A stretch of 58,012 nt of DNA from contig CAYZEC010000015.1 of NCBI GenBank assembly GCA_964477715.1, forward strand, positions 1 through 58,012, given 5' to 3'. Under the pieces are notes generated by a model. It saw only the letters and a program-made list of their open reading frames with translations. It was not told the origin of the DNA and searched no databases. Source of the stretch: an uncultured Candidatus Saccharibacteria bacterium. GTDB lineage: Bacteria > Patescibacteriota > Minisyncoccia > Minisyncoccales > UBA1441. This document shows positions 34,817 through 42,819 of the stretch, one piece after another (within the stretch, counting starts at the first letter, position 1; every line of letters begins with the position of its first letter). The position numbers and the translations under genes were made by a program.

Positions 34817-35829
34817 TTTTTCCCGACAATGCTTTTCTTGTAAAGCTCCAAATTATCAAGAATCATTCCTAACCCTCGAATAACGCAAAAAAGCGGTTCT
34901 TCTGCAACAAAAGTTGGAACCTTAACTTTCTCTGCAATAAAACGATCAATATCTGTCAGAAGAGCCCCTCCTCCAGCTAAAATAATTCCTTTATTCATTA
35001 TATCTGCCGATAATTCAGGCGGAGTCTCCCTCAAAACATTTCTGATAGAACGAGCAATTTCTTCAATTACTTCGCTAATAGCTTCTTGCACTTCATTTGA
35101 AGAAATTTTAATATCTCGAGGTAAACCACTAGCAATATCGCGACCACGAACATCTAAGAATTTTTCTTTCTTTTCCTTCTTGGCAACTCCGATTCTTTTT
35201 TTAATTTCTTCAGCCGTTTGGACCCCTATGGCTAAATTGTATTTATCTTTAACATAGAACATTATTGCTTCATCCATTTTGTCGCCACCAACACGAGTTG
35301 AAGCACAAGTTACAATTCCGCCCAAAGAAATAACGGCCACCTCTGAAGTTCCTCCGCCAATATCGACAATCATGTGCCCAGAACAAGAATCTATGGGAAT
35401 CCCCGCCCCTAAAGCTGATAGAATAGGCTCCTTAGCAATGTAAGCTTTTCCCGCTCCAACACTAAGCGCTGCTTCTACAACTGCCCTCCTCTCAGCAGAA
35501 GATATGTCAGCTGGAACTGAAATGACCAATTCTGGTTTTATGAAATCAAATGCTCCTGATGATTTTTTAATAAAATATTTAATCATTGCTTGAGTCACTC
35601 GATAATCTGCGATAACTCCATCGCGTAAAGGACGATAAATTCGAATAGTCTCGGGAGTGCGACCAATCATTTGTTTGGCTTCTAAGCCAACAGCCAAAAT
35701 ACTATTATTTTCAGGAGTAACTGCTACAACCGAAGGTTCATTAATAATAATCCCCTTCTTAGGAAGAAGAACCAGAGAATTAGCTGTACCCAAATCAATT
35801 GCTATTTTGCGTAAAAACATATTATTCAT
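34813..35829 (-). CDS. mreB: MreB paralog 2
   Basis: Contains IAIDLGTANS and DIGGGTSEVAVIS. Roughly half the residues are identical to paralog 1 by eye. Confidence 0.85.
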   Translation of the reverse strand: MNNMFLRKIAIDLGTANSLVLLPKKGIIINEPSVVAVTPENNSILAVGLEAKQMIGRTPETIRIYRPLRDGVIADYRVTQAMIKYFIKKSSGAFDFIKPELVISVPADISSAERRAVVEAALSVGAGKAYIAKEPILSALGAGIPIDSCSGHMIVDIGGGTSEVAVISLGGIVTCASTRVGGDKMDEAIMFYVKDKYNLAIGVQTAEEIKKRIGVAKKEKKEKFLDVRGRDIASGLPRDIKISSNEVQEAISEVIEEIARSIRNVLRETPPELSADIMNKGIILAGGGALLTDIDRFIAEKVKVPTFVAEEPLFCVIRGLGMILDNLELYKKSIVGKK

Positions 35830-37084
35830 TTATTCTTTGAATATCTGCGCCTAATCGACCAAGTCGCTGTTCTATCCGGGCATACCCTCGATCTATTTGA
35901 TGTACTCCTTCGATGATTGTTTCGCCTTGAGCCATCAAACCAGCAACAACTAAAGCTGCTCCTGCTCTTATATCGCTAGACTCTATTGTCATCCCAGATA
36001 ACGATGTTGGTCCAAAAATGAAAGCCCTGTGCGGATCGACCATTTCAATATCTCCTCCCATCTTTCTCAATTCATTTGCATAACGCAAGCGATTTTCATA
36101 AAGAGGGTCGTGAATTAAACTTTTGCCTGAAGCCTGAGTGAGTAATGGAACTGCTAGCGGTAATAAATCAGTTGGAAATCCAGGATAGGGCAATGCTTGT
36201 AATTTTAAAGGCTTTAATTTGGTTGAATGGCGCACCAACAAAGAGTCAGACTCTACCTCAAAATCAACACCCATTTTTTTCATTTTGGCCAAAAATAAAG
36301 TCAGGTGCTCTGGCACAACGTCCCTAATAACCACCGTCCCCGGAGTAACTGCTGCCGCTGCCATGAAAGTTCCAGCCTCTAATGGATCAGGAACGATACG
36401 ATGCTTGACTCCATTTAATTTAGCGACTCCTTTTATTTTGATATCATGTGTCCCCTCTCCTTCTATTTGAGCTCCCATATTTCTAAGCATCTTACCCAAA
36501 TCTTGTACCTGAGGCTCAGCTGCCACTCCTTTTAGAATAGTTTCTCCAGGCGTTAAAACGGCAGCAAGCATTAAGTTCTCGGTTGCTGTTACGCTAAATT
36601 CTTGTAAAACGACTTTTTGTCCACGAAGATTATCTCCCTTAAAATAATAATAATCTCCTTCTTGCTTAAATTCAGCCCCCAGTTCTTCGAGCGCCTCAAG
36701 ATGAGTATTTATTGGCCTTAAACCAATTCTATCTCCACCTGGTCGAATAATGCGAAATGATTTCAGACGGGCTAATAAAGCTCCAATAAATAATACCGAC
36801 AATCTAGTCTTGCGCGCTCGATCAAAATCCATATTTTCGGGATCAAGTGAAATATTTTTTGTTTTTAAAGTGTTCTCATCTAACCATTCGGTTTCTACTC
36901 CCAATCCCTCTAAGACTCCGATAATGTCTAAAACGTCATCTATTAATGGGATATTTTCGATAATACACTCCTCATCCGTAAGCAGTGTCGCAATTAAAAT
37001 AGCCCCAGCTGCATTCTTATACCCATTGGTTATTATTTCTCCTTCGAGCGGTTTCCCGCCATGAATAATAAATTTATCTGACAT
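35822..37084 (-). CDS. murA: UDP-N-acetylglucosamine 1-carboxyvinyltransferase, Asp at the fosfomycin-target Cys position
   Basis: 420 aa. The active-site loop is RPGGDRIGLRPINTH, versus E. coli LPGGCAIGARPVDLH. The Asp118 codon GAT is at 36731..36733. Confidence 0.9.
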   Translation of the reverse strand: MSDKFIIHGGKPLEGEIITNGYKNAAGAILIATLLTDEECIIENIPLIDDVLDIIGVLEGLGVETEWLDENTLKTKNISLDPENMDFDRARKTRLSVLFIGALLARLKSFRIIRPGGDRIGLRPINTHLEALEELGAEFKQEGDYYYFKGDNLRGQKVVLQEFSVTATENLMLAAVLTPGETILKGVAAEPQVQDLGKMLRNMGAQIEGEGTHDIKIKGVAKLNGVKHRIVPDPLEAGTFMAAAAVTPGTVVIRDVVPEHLTLFLAKMKKMGVDFEVESDSLLVRHSTKLKPLKLQALPYPGFPTDLLPLAVPLLTQASGKSLIHDPLYENRLRYANELRKMGGDIEMVDPHRAFIFGPTSLSGMTIESSDIRAGAALVVAGLMAQGETIIEGVHQIDRGYARIEQRLGRLGADIQRINE

Positions 37085-37108
37085 GTTTTTAAATAATTAA
37101 CTGATCCA

Positions 37109-37137
37109 ATATTATCTTAAAATCGGGCTTTTCGCAA
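37109..37137 (-). promoter_or_regulatory. Candidate murA promoter
   Basis: The minus strand reads TTGCGA (37137..37132), a 17-nt spacer, then TAATAT (37114..37109). Confidence 0.35.
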
Positions 37138-37176
37138 ATAAAAAAATTCGGGGAGCCAGCCACGCTGAGCTCCCCG
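37136..37176 (-). terminator. Rho-independent terminator of the PgeF-like gene
   Basis: The stem CGGGGAGC(37149..37156)/GCTCCCCG(37169..37176) is extendable by CAGC/GCTG. On the minus strand it is followed by AAUUUUUUUAUUU. It lies 12 nt after the stop. Confidence 0.7.
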
Positions 37177-37188
37177 ACACTATACTTA

Positions 37189-37926
37189 TCAAGGCAACCA
37201 GGCAATCGCCATGTAGCGATCCTCTGGCCCTTCTTCGAGTTCCGATCTCCGAGAAGAGGGAAAAATATATTCCCCGTTCTCTTGCCCACAACAGGTGCAT
37301 TGAGGAACTGTCAAAATGTTGCTGATGCCAAAGCCATTCAAGACCCTGATGATCCTTCCCACCAGATCAACTTTCGAGAAACTTCTTCCTTGTTTTTGAC
37401 AAGGATAGATATCTTCAGACCATCCAGCTTTTTCTAATGACTGGATAATCGGATGATCCGTCGGGAACTCGTAACAACATGGCCTAATTGCTGGGCCGAT
37501 TAATACCTCGGCGCAGCTCGGATGCATTCCCTTACGATCAAGCGTCCTATAGGTCGCTTCGAGCACTCCTTTCATCAGCGAATTTCGGCCACCATGAACC
37601 ATAGCAAGTAAACCGAGGCTTCTGTCTGCTATGATTATTGGCGGACAATCCGCTGGCAACATCGCTAAGGCTAGATTGTTGACATCGGTAACCACTGCGT
37701 CACCTTTGACAACACGCAAGGGTCTTCGCACAAATCTAACTCGCTTCCCATGTTCTGGGAACAAGCGAACGAATCGAACTGGCGCTCCGATGGTTATTTG
37801 GAAATATGTTTGTTGTGCTGGACCTCTTTTCATGTCTCCACAAGCTCGAGTGCTGAAAGCATGTGGGACTGGATATTCCTTAATTCTGAATACCTGAGGC
37901 CAATAAACCTCTTGATAAGCATCCAC
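37189..37926 (-). CDS. pgeF: YfiH/PgeF-family (DUF152, laccase-domain) enzyme; GC-rich foreign-looking gene
   Basis: Family motifs are HAFSTRACGD, EHGKRV, GDAVVTD...PADCPPIII, VHGGRNS, IGPAIRPCCYEF and FPSSRR, with a His/Cys/His triad present. It has a GTG start. Hand-counted GC is 35/60 (37201-37260) and 32/60 (37501-37560), against 20/60 and 23/60 in flanking lines. Confidence 0.65.
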   Translation of the reverse strand: MDAYQEVYWPQVFRIKEYPVPHAFSTRACGDMKRGPAQQTYFQITIGAPVRFVRLFPEHGKRVRFVRRPLRVVKGDAVVTDVNNLALAMLPADCPPIIIADRSLGLLAMVHGGRNSLMKGVLEATYRTLDRKGMHPSCAEVLIGPAIRPCCYEFPTDHPIIQSLEKAGWSEDIYPCQKQGRSFSKVDLVGRIIRVLNGFGISNILTVPQCTCCGQENGEYIFPSSRRSELEEGPEDRYMAIAWLP

Positions 37927-37929
37927 ATT

Positions 37930-37939
37930 CTCCTCCTTT
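37930..37939 (-). promoter_or_regulatory. Canonical Shine-Dalgarno AAAGGAGGAG
   Basis: The reverse complement of ctcctccttt. The GGAGG core lies 5 nt upstream of the GTG at 37926. Confidence 0.6.
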
Positions 37940-37957
37940 CACGAACTAGAATAGTTT

Positions 37958-37986
37958 ATTATAAAATATAAATAGATATTAGTCAA
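37958..37986 (-). promoter_or_regulatory. Near-consensus sigma-70 promoter of the PgeF-like gene
   Basis: The minus strand reads TTGACT (37986..37981), a 17-nt spacer, then TATAAT (37963..37958). Confidence 0.55.
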
Positions 37987-38018
37987 TAGAAAAAACGCGT
38001 TAACCGTTTTTCAGAGGA

Positions 38019-38744
38019 TTAGGAAAGCAGTTGCTTCTTTGACTCTCCGTTTTTGATACTATCTTCATATTGACGGATTTTTTCTTGAAAATCGTTCCAA
38101 CTGACTTCTTCTGCTCCAACCATCGAACAAACTTCTTTGTAGGGACAATAACGACACTGGCCATTGCTTGGCCAGTCGTTTAACCGAATAGGCACTTGAT
38201 TATTTTCAATCTTTTTTCCCAATTCTTCTAAAGAATCAAGCAATTTATTACACAAATCCTGATCGTATTCTATTAAAAATTCCTTCAAATCTTGAGTATC
38301 CTTATTAACATAGAGCAGAAATCCTTGCTTTATTTCAAAGAAGTGAAGATAAAGTTGAAGCTGATAAATATATTCTTCCGATGGTTCGGTCAATGTTCGG
38401 AAACTGATACTATTAATGCTTTTAACATCTACGATATAATCTTGACCGTTTATTTGGATTAAAGCATCGGCCCGACCAGAGATCAAATTATTAGCCGGAA
38501 TATTAACTTCGTCTCCCCGCAAGACATTCTGTCCCGACAGGGCTTTAACAATTAATTCGTGAATATAGTTGCCGTGGTCAAAAAGCCTCAAAATCCGAGC
38601 TTCTAATGCTCGGCAGGGAGCTTGTTTAAATTTAAAAAACACGCTTCGAGGACATTTTCCGGCGTCGGTCACGTAAAACCTTTTCTGCACGTAACTTCCT
38701 CGATCATTTTCTAAATAGAAATTATCGATGATTTCTTTTAACAT
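38019..38744 (-). CDS. Cas4/RecB-like PD-(D/E)xK nuclease with 4-Cys Fe-S cluster motif (solo, no CRISPR context)
   Basis: Has the N-terminal Cys (DAGKCPR), GRADAL, IVDVKS (D/ExK), QLQLY (QxxxY) and C-terminal CRYCPYKEVC (CxxCx5C). The ORF-track start 38753 is TTG. The ATG is at 38744. Confidence 0.7.
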   Translation of the reverse strand: MLKEIIDNFYLENDRGSYVQKRFYVTDAGKCPRSVFFKFKQAPCRALEARILRLFDHGNYIHELIVKALSGQNVLRGDEVNIPANNLISGRADALIQINGQDYIVDVKSINSISFRTLTEPSEEYIYQLQLYLHFFEIKQGFLLYVNKDTQDLKEFLIEYDQDLCNKLLDSLEELGKKIENNQVPIRLNDWPSNGQCRYCPYKEVCSMVGAEEVSWNDFQEKIRQYEDSIKNGESKKQLLS

Positions 38745-38760
38745 CAAAACCAAAAACCCA

Positions 38761-39195
38761 TTAACGCTTGCACCACTGAGCCGCTCGGCGAGCTCTTTTT
38801 AAGCCAAATTTCTTACGTTCTCTCATTCTTGGATCACGGGCTAGATACCCTGATTTCTTTAAAACCAATCTCAGCTCTTGATCTAACTCCACTAAGGCTT
38901 GCGATAAACCATGCCTAACTGCCTCTGCTTGAGCCGATGTTCCCCCGCCCTTAACTATTACCGTTATTGGGAAATCATCGCCTAAATTCGACTTCTTGAG
39001 CGGAGCAGAAATTTTTTCTTGGTGAGTTAGAATTGGAAAATATTCTTGTATCTTTTTTCCATTAATCAAAACACCCTTTTTCTTTGATCCAGGATAAATG
39101 CGCACCTGAGCTACAGCTGTCTTGCGTCGTCCAACTGCTTGAATATATTCTTTCTTTTCTTTTTTGGGTTTTATTGTTTTTTTAGCTTCAACCAT
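38761..39195 (-). CDS. rpsI: Ribosomal protein uS9
   Basis: Contains GRRKTAVAQVRIYPG and ends ...RRAAQWCKR. The internal ATG at 39195 avoids overlap with rplM. Confidence 0.9.
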   Translation of the reverse strand: MVEAKKTIKPKKEKKEYIQAVGRRKTAVAQVRIYPGSKKKGVLINGKKIQEYFPILTHQEKISAPLKKSNLGDDFPITVIVKGGGTSAQAEAVRHGLSQALVELDQELRLVLKKSGYLARDPRMRERKKFGLKRARRAAQWCKR

Positions 39196-39196
39196 T

Positions 39197-39595
39197 TCAA
39201 ACAAATTTAAGTCTTTTAATTCTTGGTTTTCGAAGACGATTTTTAGGCAACATTCCCCAAACCGCCAAACGTAATATTTCTTCTGGTTTATTCTTATGCA
39301 TATCTTCAGCAACTACTTCCTTCAGACCACCCAAATATCCACTATGGTGATAATATATCTTGCTTGACCATTTTTTGCCAGTCAATTTTATTTTATCAGC
39401 ATTGCTAATTTCAACCGATGTAATCCCCTCTTTATTGGGAGCGTAATCAGCTCGATGCTTCCCTTGTAAATAACAAGCAATATCGGCGGCAATTCGACCC
39501 ACCGGCTTATCCTCGGCATCAAGCTTAATCGTTTCTTTAATCGCTTGGATGTTCTCCTCCTTTTCTTTTTTAGTAATCTTCTTGATCATAATCAT
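39197..39595 (-). CDS. rplM: Ribosomal protein uL13
   Basis: Contains GRIAADIACYLQGKH...YYHHSGYLGG. It is paired with rpsI. Confidence 0.9.
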   Translation of the reverse strand: MIMIKKITKKEKEENIQAIKETIKLDAEDKPVGRIAADIACYLQGKHRADYAPNKEGITSVEISNADKIKLTGKKWSSKIYYHHSGYLGGLKEVVAEDMHKNKPEEILRLAVWGMLPKNRLRKPRIKRLKFV

Positions 39596-39933
39596 TGGAC
39601 TAATTCAATAAAAACAACCTCTGCTCCATCAGATAAACGTCTTTCTAGTTTGATTAATCTAGTATATCCACCAGCCCTTTCTTGATACCGAGGGACTAAA
39701 TCTTTCATTACCTTTTTAACTGCCGCATCAGAAAGATAGCGTCGCAATAAACGCTGCCCCGAAAGAGTTTCTTTTTTTCCAAGAGTAATCAGTTTTTCAG
39801 TTAACTTTGAAGCTTCGCGACCACGCAAACGCGTTGTCTTAATTCTTTCTTTTAAAATCAAAGATTGGGCCAAGCCAAAAATCAAGGCTTTTTCAGGAGA
39901 TTTGCGAGCAAATTTTTTAGACGTTGCCTTCAT
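39592..39933 (-). CDS. rplQ: Ribosomal protein bL17
   Basis: 113 aa. Contains ...AGGYTRLIKLERRLSDGAEVVFIEL. It follows rpoA. Confidence 0.9.
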   Translation of the reverse strand: MKATSKKFARKSPEKALIFGLAQSLILKERIKTTRLRGREASKLTEKLITLGKKETLSGQRLLRRYLSDAAVKKVMKDLVPRYQERAGGYTRLIKLERRLSDGAEVVFIELVQ

Positions 39934-40856
39934 TATTCTTTTAAAGTTAAACCCATTTTTTTCAATGTTTTTTCTAATTCGATCAATCCTTTTTCGCCCA
40001 TGCCCTCAATTTCCATAATTTTAGCTGTTGTTTTGCTTATCAATCCTGCAACCGTTTTAATTCCACCTGCTTCAAGGCTAGCAGTTATTCTCGCTGAAAG
40101 CCCCATGTCGGCAATTTTCATTTTTTTAGCATCTTCAGTTTTTTCTGTTTTCTTTGTCTTTTTTGTCTCAGAAAGCTGAAAAGAAGAAGCTATCAATTTA
40201 AAATGCTCTTCCAATAAACCACTCGCTTCAATCAACGCTTTTTCGGGAGTGATTGAACCATTTGTTTCAATAGTTAAAAAGATGCGATTAAAATTAGTTT
40301 TATCTCCAACCCTCATGTTCTCAACTTGATAGGCAATTTTCTCAATCGGAGAAAAAGCGGCATCTAAGACAATTTCATTTGCTAATGGCTTTCCCGACTC
40401 ACGGCTTTCAACTGTTTGATAGCCAACGCCCGATTCAATTGTAATATTTATAGCTAGCTGTGCTTTTGAGCTTGTTAATGTCGCGATGTGTTCGCCAGGA
40501 TTAACTAATTTGACTTGAGGAGTCAATTCAAAATCTCGTCCAGTAACCTCCTTTTCCCCCTTTACTTCTAAAGAAACGACCTGGGGTTGATCGTCAGGTA
40601 ACACAAATTTAAGCTTCTTTAAATTGAGCAAGATCTGGATAACATCTTCTTTAACATGATTTATTGTTGAGAATTCATGCGAAACTCCCGCAATAGAAAC
40701 CTTAGTTACCGCTGTTCCCGAAAGAGAAGAAAGCAAGACGCGTCGTAAACTATTAGCGATAGTTAGACCATATCCCGGATAAAGACCTGAAATTTCAAAA
40801 ATTGCTTTATTGTCTTCTTTTGAAATTATTTTTAATGTCGAAGGTAAGGGAATCAT
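39933..40856 (-). CDS. rpoA: DNA-directed RNA polymerase alpha subunit
   Basis: Contains GYGLTIANSLRRVLLSSL and a C-terminal HhH domain (LSARITASLEAGGIKTV). Confidence 0.9.
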   Translation of the reverse strand: MIPLPSTLKIISKEDNKAIFEISGLYPGYGLTIANSLRRVLLSSLSGTAVTKVSIAGVSHEFSTINHVKEDVIQILLNLKKLKFVLPDDQPQVVSLEVKGEKEVTGRDFELTPQVKLVNPGEHIATLTSSKAQLAINITIESGVGYQTVESRESGKPLANEIVLDAAFSPIEKIAYQVENMRVGDKTNFNRIFLTIETNGSITPEKALIEASGLLEEHFKLIASSFQLSETKKTKKTEKTEDAKKMKIADMGLSARITASLEAGGIKTVAGLISKTTAKIMEIEGMGEKGLIELEKTLKKMGLTLKE

Positions 40857-40877
40857 AAGAAAAATAATTAATTAAAA

Positions 40878-41513
40878 TTATCGAGTATAGAATTCCAAAA
40901 TTACTGAAACTTGTGCTGGCGGATTGACCTCTTCCAAGGAAGGAAGCCTAAGAAGAGTTGCTTCCATTTTTTTAAAATCTACCTTCATCCAAGGACAAAT
41001 ACTTGATTTTTCTTTCTTGTCCCCCAGTCCTTTAAAAACTGACTTACTTTGATGATTTTCTTTAATAGTGATAACATCGTCGGGCGTAACTGAAAAAGAA
41101 GGCCTATCGACTGATCGATTGTTAACCCGAAAATGTCCATGAACCACTAATTGTCGAGCTTGAATACGAGATTCGGCCCAACCGGCTCGATAAATTACAT
41201 TATCTAGACGGCATTCTAACCTTTGAATTAATCCTTCAACCGGACTAACGGATTGCTTAGATTTTTTTAAAGCTTCTGATATATATCTTCGAAATTGTTT
41301 TTCGGAAAGATTATACCAAAAACGTAATTTTTGTTTTTCTGATAATTGTTGCCCATAGTCTGAAATTTTGCGTCTATTTGATGATCTTCCTTGCCGGCCC
41401 GGACCGTAAGGGCGCTTTATCATGGCACACTTAGCCGAAAAACAACGCTCTCCTTTCAAGAAAAGTTTTTGACCAAAACGACGACAAATTTTACACTGTG
41501 ATTTTTGTATCAT
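40878..41513 (-). CDS. rpsD: Ribosomal protein uS4
   Basis: Taken from the internal ATG (MIQKSQCKICRRFGQKLFLKGERC...). Has an N-terminal Cys cluster and an S4 RNA-binding domain (RLDNVIYRAGWAESR). Confidence 0.9.
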   Translation of the reverse strand: MIQKSQCKICRRFGQKLFLKGERCFSAKCAMIKRPYGPGRQGRSSNRRKISDYGQQLSEKQKLRFWYNLSEKQFRRYISEALKKSKQSVSPVEGLIQRLECRLDNVIYRAGWAESRIQARQLVVHGHFRVNNRSVDRPSFSVTPDDVITIKENHQSKSVFKGLGDKKEKSSICPWMKVDFKKMEATLLRLPSLEEVNPPAQVSVILEFYTR

Positions 41514-41515
41514 GA

Positions 41516-41968
41516 TTATGCACGACGTGCTTTTCGTGGACGACACCCTCCGTGAGGAATAGGTGTTCGGTCTTTTATTTTAACAATATTAATTCCTTGA
41601 GCTGATAATGCACGAAGAGCTGACTCGCGCCCAGCCCCCACTCCTTTAACGACAATTTCTACCTCTTTCGCCCTTAGGGCAACAATCGCCTCATTGATTG
41701 TTTGAGCTATTTTCGAAGAAGCGAAAGACGTTCCTTTTTTACTTCCCTTAAACCCAACTCGACCAGCACTTTGCGCCAACAAAACATTCCCTTGAGCATC
41801 GGTTAATGTCATCTTTGTATTATTATAAGAAGAAAGGATGTGAACAATAACCAAGTCTGCCGTTTTTTTTCTTAAAGAAGGGGTTACCTGCGATAACGTC
41901 TTTTCAACTTTGGTTCCCTCGGCTAAAACCTCTTCAGCTGTTTTTTCAACAATATGTTTTTTCCCCAT
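41516..41968 (-). CDS. rpsK: Ribosomal protein uS11
   Basis: Ends ...IKDRTPIPHGGCRPRKARRA and has an N-terminal extension. Confidence 0.9.
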   Translation of the reverse strand: MGKKHIVEKTAEEVLAEGTKVEKTLSQVTPSLRKKTADLVIVHILSSYNNTKMTLTDAQGNVLLAQSAGRVGFKGSKKGTSFASSKIAQTINEAIVALRAKEVEIVVKGVGAGRESALRALSAQGINIVKIKDRTPIPHGGCRPRKARRA

Positions 41969-41974
41969 GTTATT

Positions 41975-42364
41975 TTATTTAGGTGAAGGAGCTGCTTTGC
42001 GACCTGATCCGGCTGATTGACGAACATTTCCTCGAACTGTCCTTGAATTAGTCCTGGTTTGTTGTCCTCGTGCTGGTAATTTCTTTTTGTGCCTTTCGCC
42101 TCGCCAGCAACTTATGTCACGGAGTCGACGAATATTAAGATTAACTTGCTGCCTTAAGCTTCCTTCAATCTTATAGTGCTCATCAATATATTGCTTTAAT
42201 GAATTAATCTCTTCGGTCGTTAATTCATTAGCTTTTCGAGCAGAGTCAATTTTCAATTCACTCAAAATATTCCGACTAGTGTGTCGACCGATACCATGAA
42301 TGTAAGTCAAGCTGATTCCAATATTTTTATTGTCTGGAATATTGATTCCACTTATTCTAGGCAT
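41975..42364 (-). CDS. rpsM: Ribosomal protein uS13
   Basis: Begins MPRISGINIPDNK and contains ...YIHGIGR. Confidence 0.9.
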   Translation of the reverse strand: MPRISGINIPDNKNIGISLTYIHGIGRHTSRNILSELKIDSARKANELTTEEINSLKQYIDEHYKIEGSLRQQVNLNIRRLRDISCWRGERHKKKLPARGQQTRTNSRTVRGNVRQSAGSGRKAAPSPK

Positions 42365-42365
42365 T

Positions 42366-42479
42366 TTAACCTTGTCTTTGTTTATGTTTAGGAATACGAC
42401 AAACTACTCTAAGCCGTCCCTTACGTTTAACAAGCTTACACTCTCGACATAATTTTTTAATTGAAGCTTTAACCTTCAT
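42366..42479 (-). CDS. rpmJ: Ribosomal protein bL36
   Basis: Own translation gives [37 protein letters not shown] (37 aa). It is too short for the ORF track and sits between infA and rpsM. Confidence 0.9.
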   Translation of the reverse strand: MKVKASIKKLCRECKLVKRKGRLRVVCRIPKHKQRQG

Positions 42480-42481
42480 AA

Positions 42482-42697
42482 TTATTTTCGATAAACAATC
42501 CGACCACGACTAGGATCATAAGGGCTTGTTTCAATCGTCACTCGATCTCCAACTAAAATACGAATATGAAACCGACGTAATCGACCCGATAAATGAGCCA
42601 TGACTTCGCGACCATCATCCATCTTAACTTTGAAATTAGTGCTAGGAAGGCTTTCAATAATCGTACCTTCTTCGCGTTGTTGTGAATTATTTTTCAT
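42482..42697 (-). CDS. infA: Translation initiation factor IF-1
   Basis: 71-aa S1-like OB protein. Contains [31 protein letters not shown]. Confidence 0.9.
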   Translation of the reverse strand: MKNNSQQREEGTIIESLPSTNFKVKMDDGREVMAHLSGRLRRFHIRILVGDRVTIETSPYDPSRGRIVYRK

Positions 42698-42782
42698 TCA
42701 AAAAAATAAAAACGAGGCATGGGGCCTGTTAGCCGCGTTTTTTATAACGGAAAAACTTAAATTCTTTCGGCTTTCCTTAATT

Positions 42783-42811
42783 AGAATAACAAAATCATGA
42801 AAATTAGTCAA
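42783..42811 (-). promoter_or_regulatory. Candidate promoter for infA-rpmJ-rpsM...
   Basis: The minus strand reads TTGACT (42811..42806), a 17-nt spacer, then TATTCT (42788..42783). Confidence 0.35.
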
Positions 42812-42819
42812 GAACCTGT

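Noticed and set aside
37089-37300. Two ORFs of 62-66 aa overlapping the 3' end of the PgeF-like gene and its terminator
   Set aside because: They run through the terminator hairpin and the murA promoter region. They show no start signals or recognisable sequence.
38019-38760. CRISPR array or cas genes near the Cas4-like nuclease
   Set aside because: No direct repeats with regular spacing were seen here or elsewhere in the window. The neighbours are rpsI and the PgeF-like gene.
42698-42782. Imperfect hairpin plus U-run (ACGCGGC...GCCUCGU UUUUAUUUUUUU) immediately upstream of the infA AUG, as a possible attenuator
   Set aside because: The stem has a mismatch and a large loop. The U-run is simply the AT-rich translation start region, so the evidence is too weak to call.
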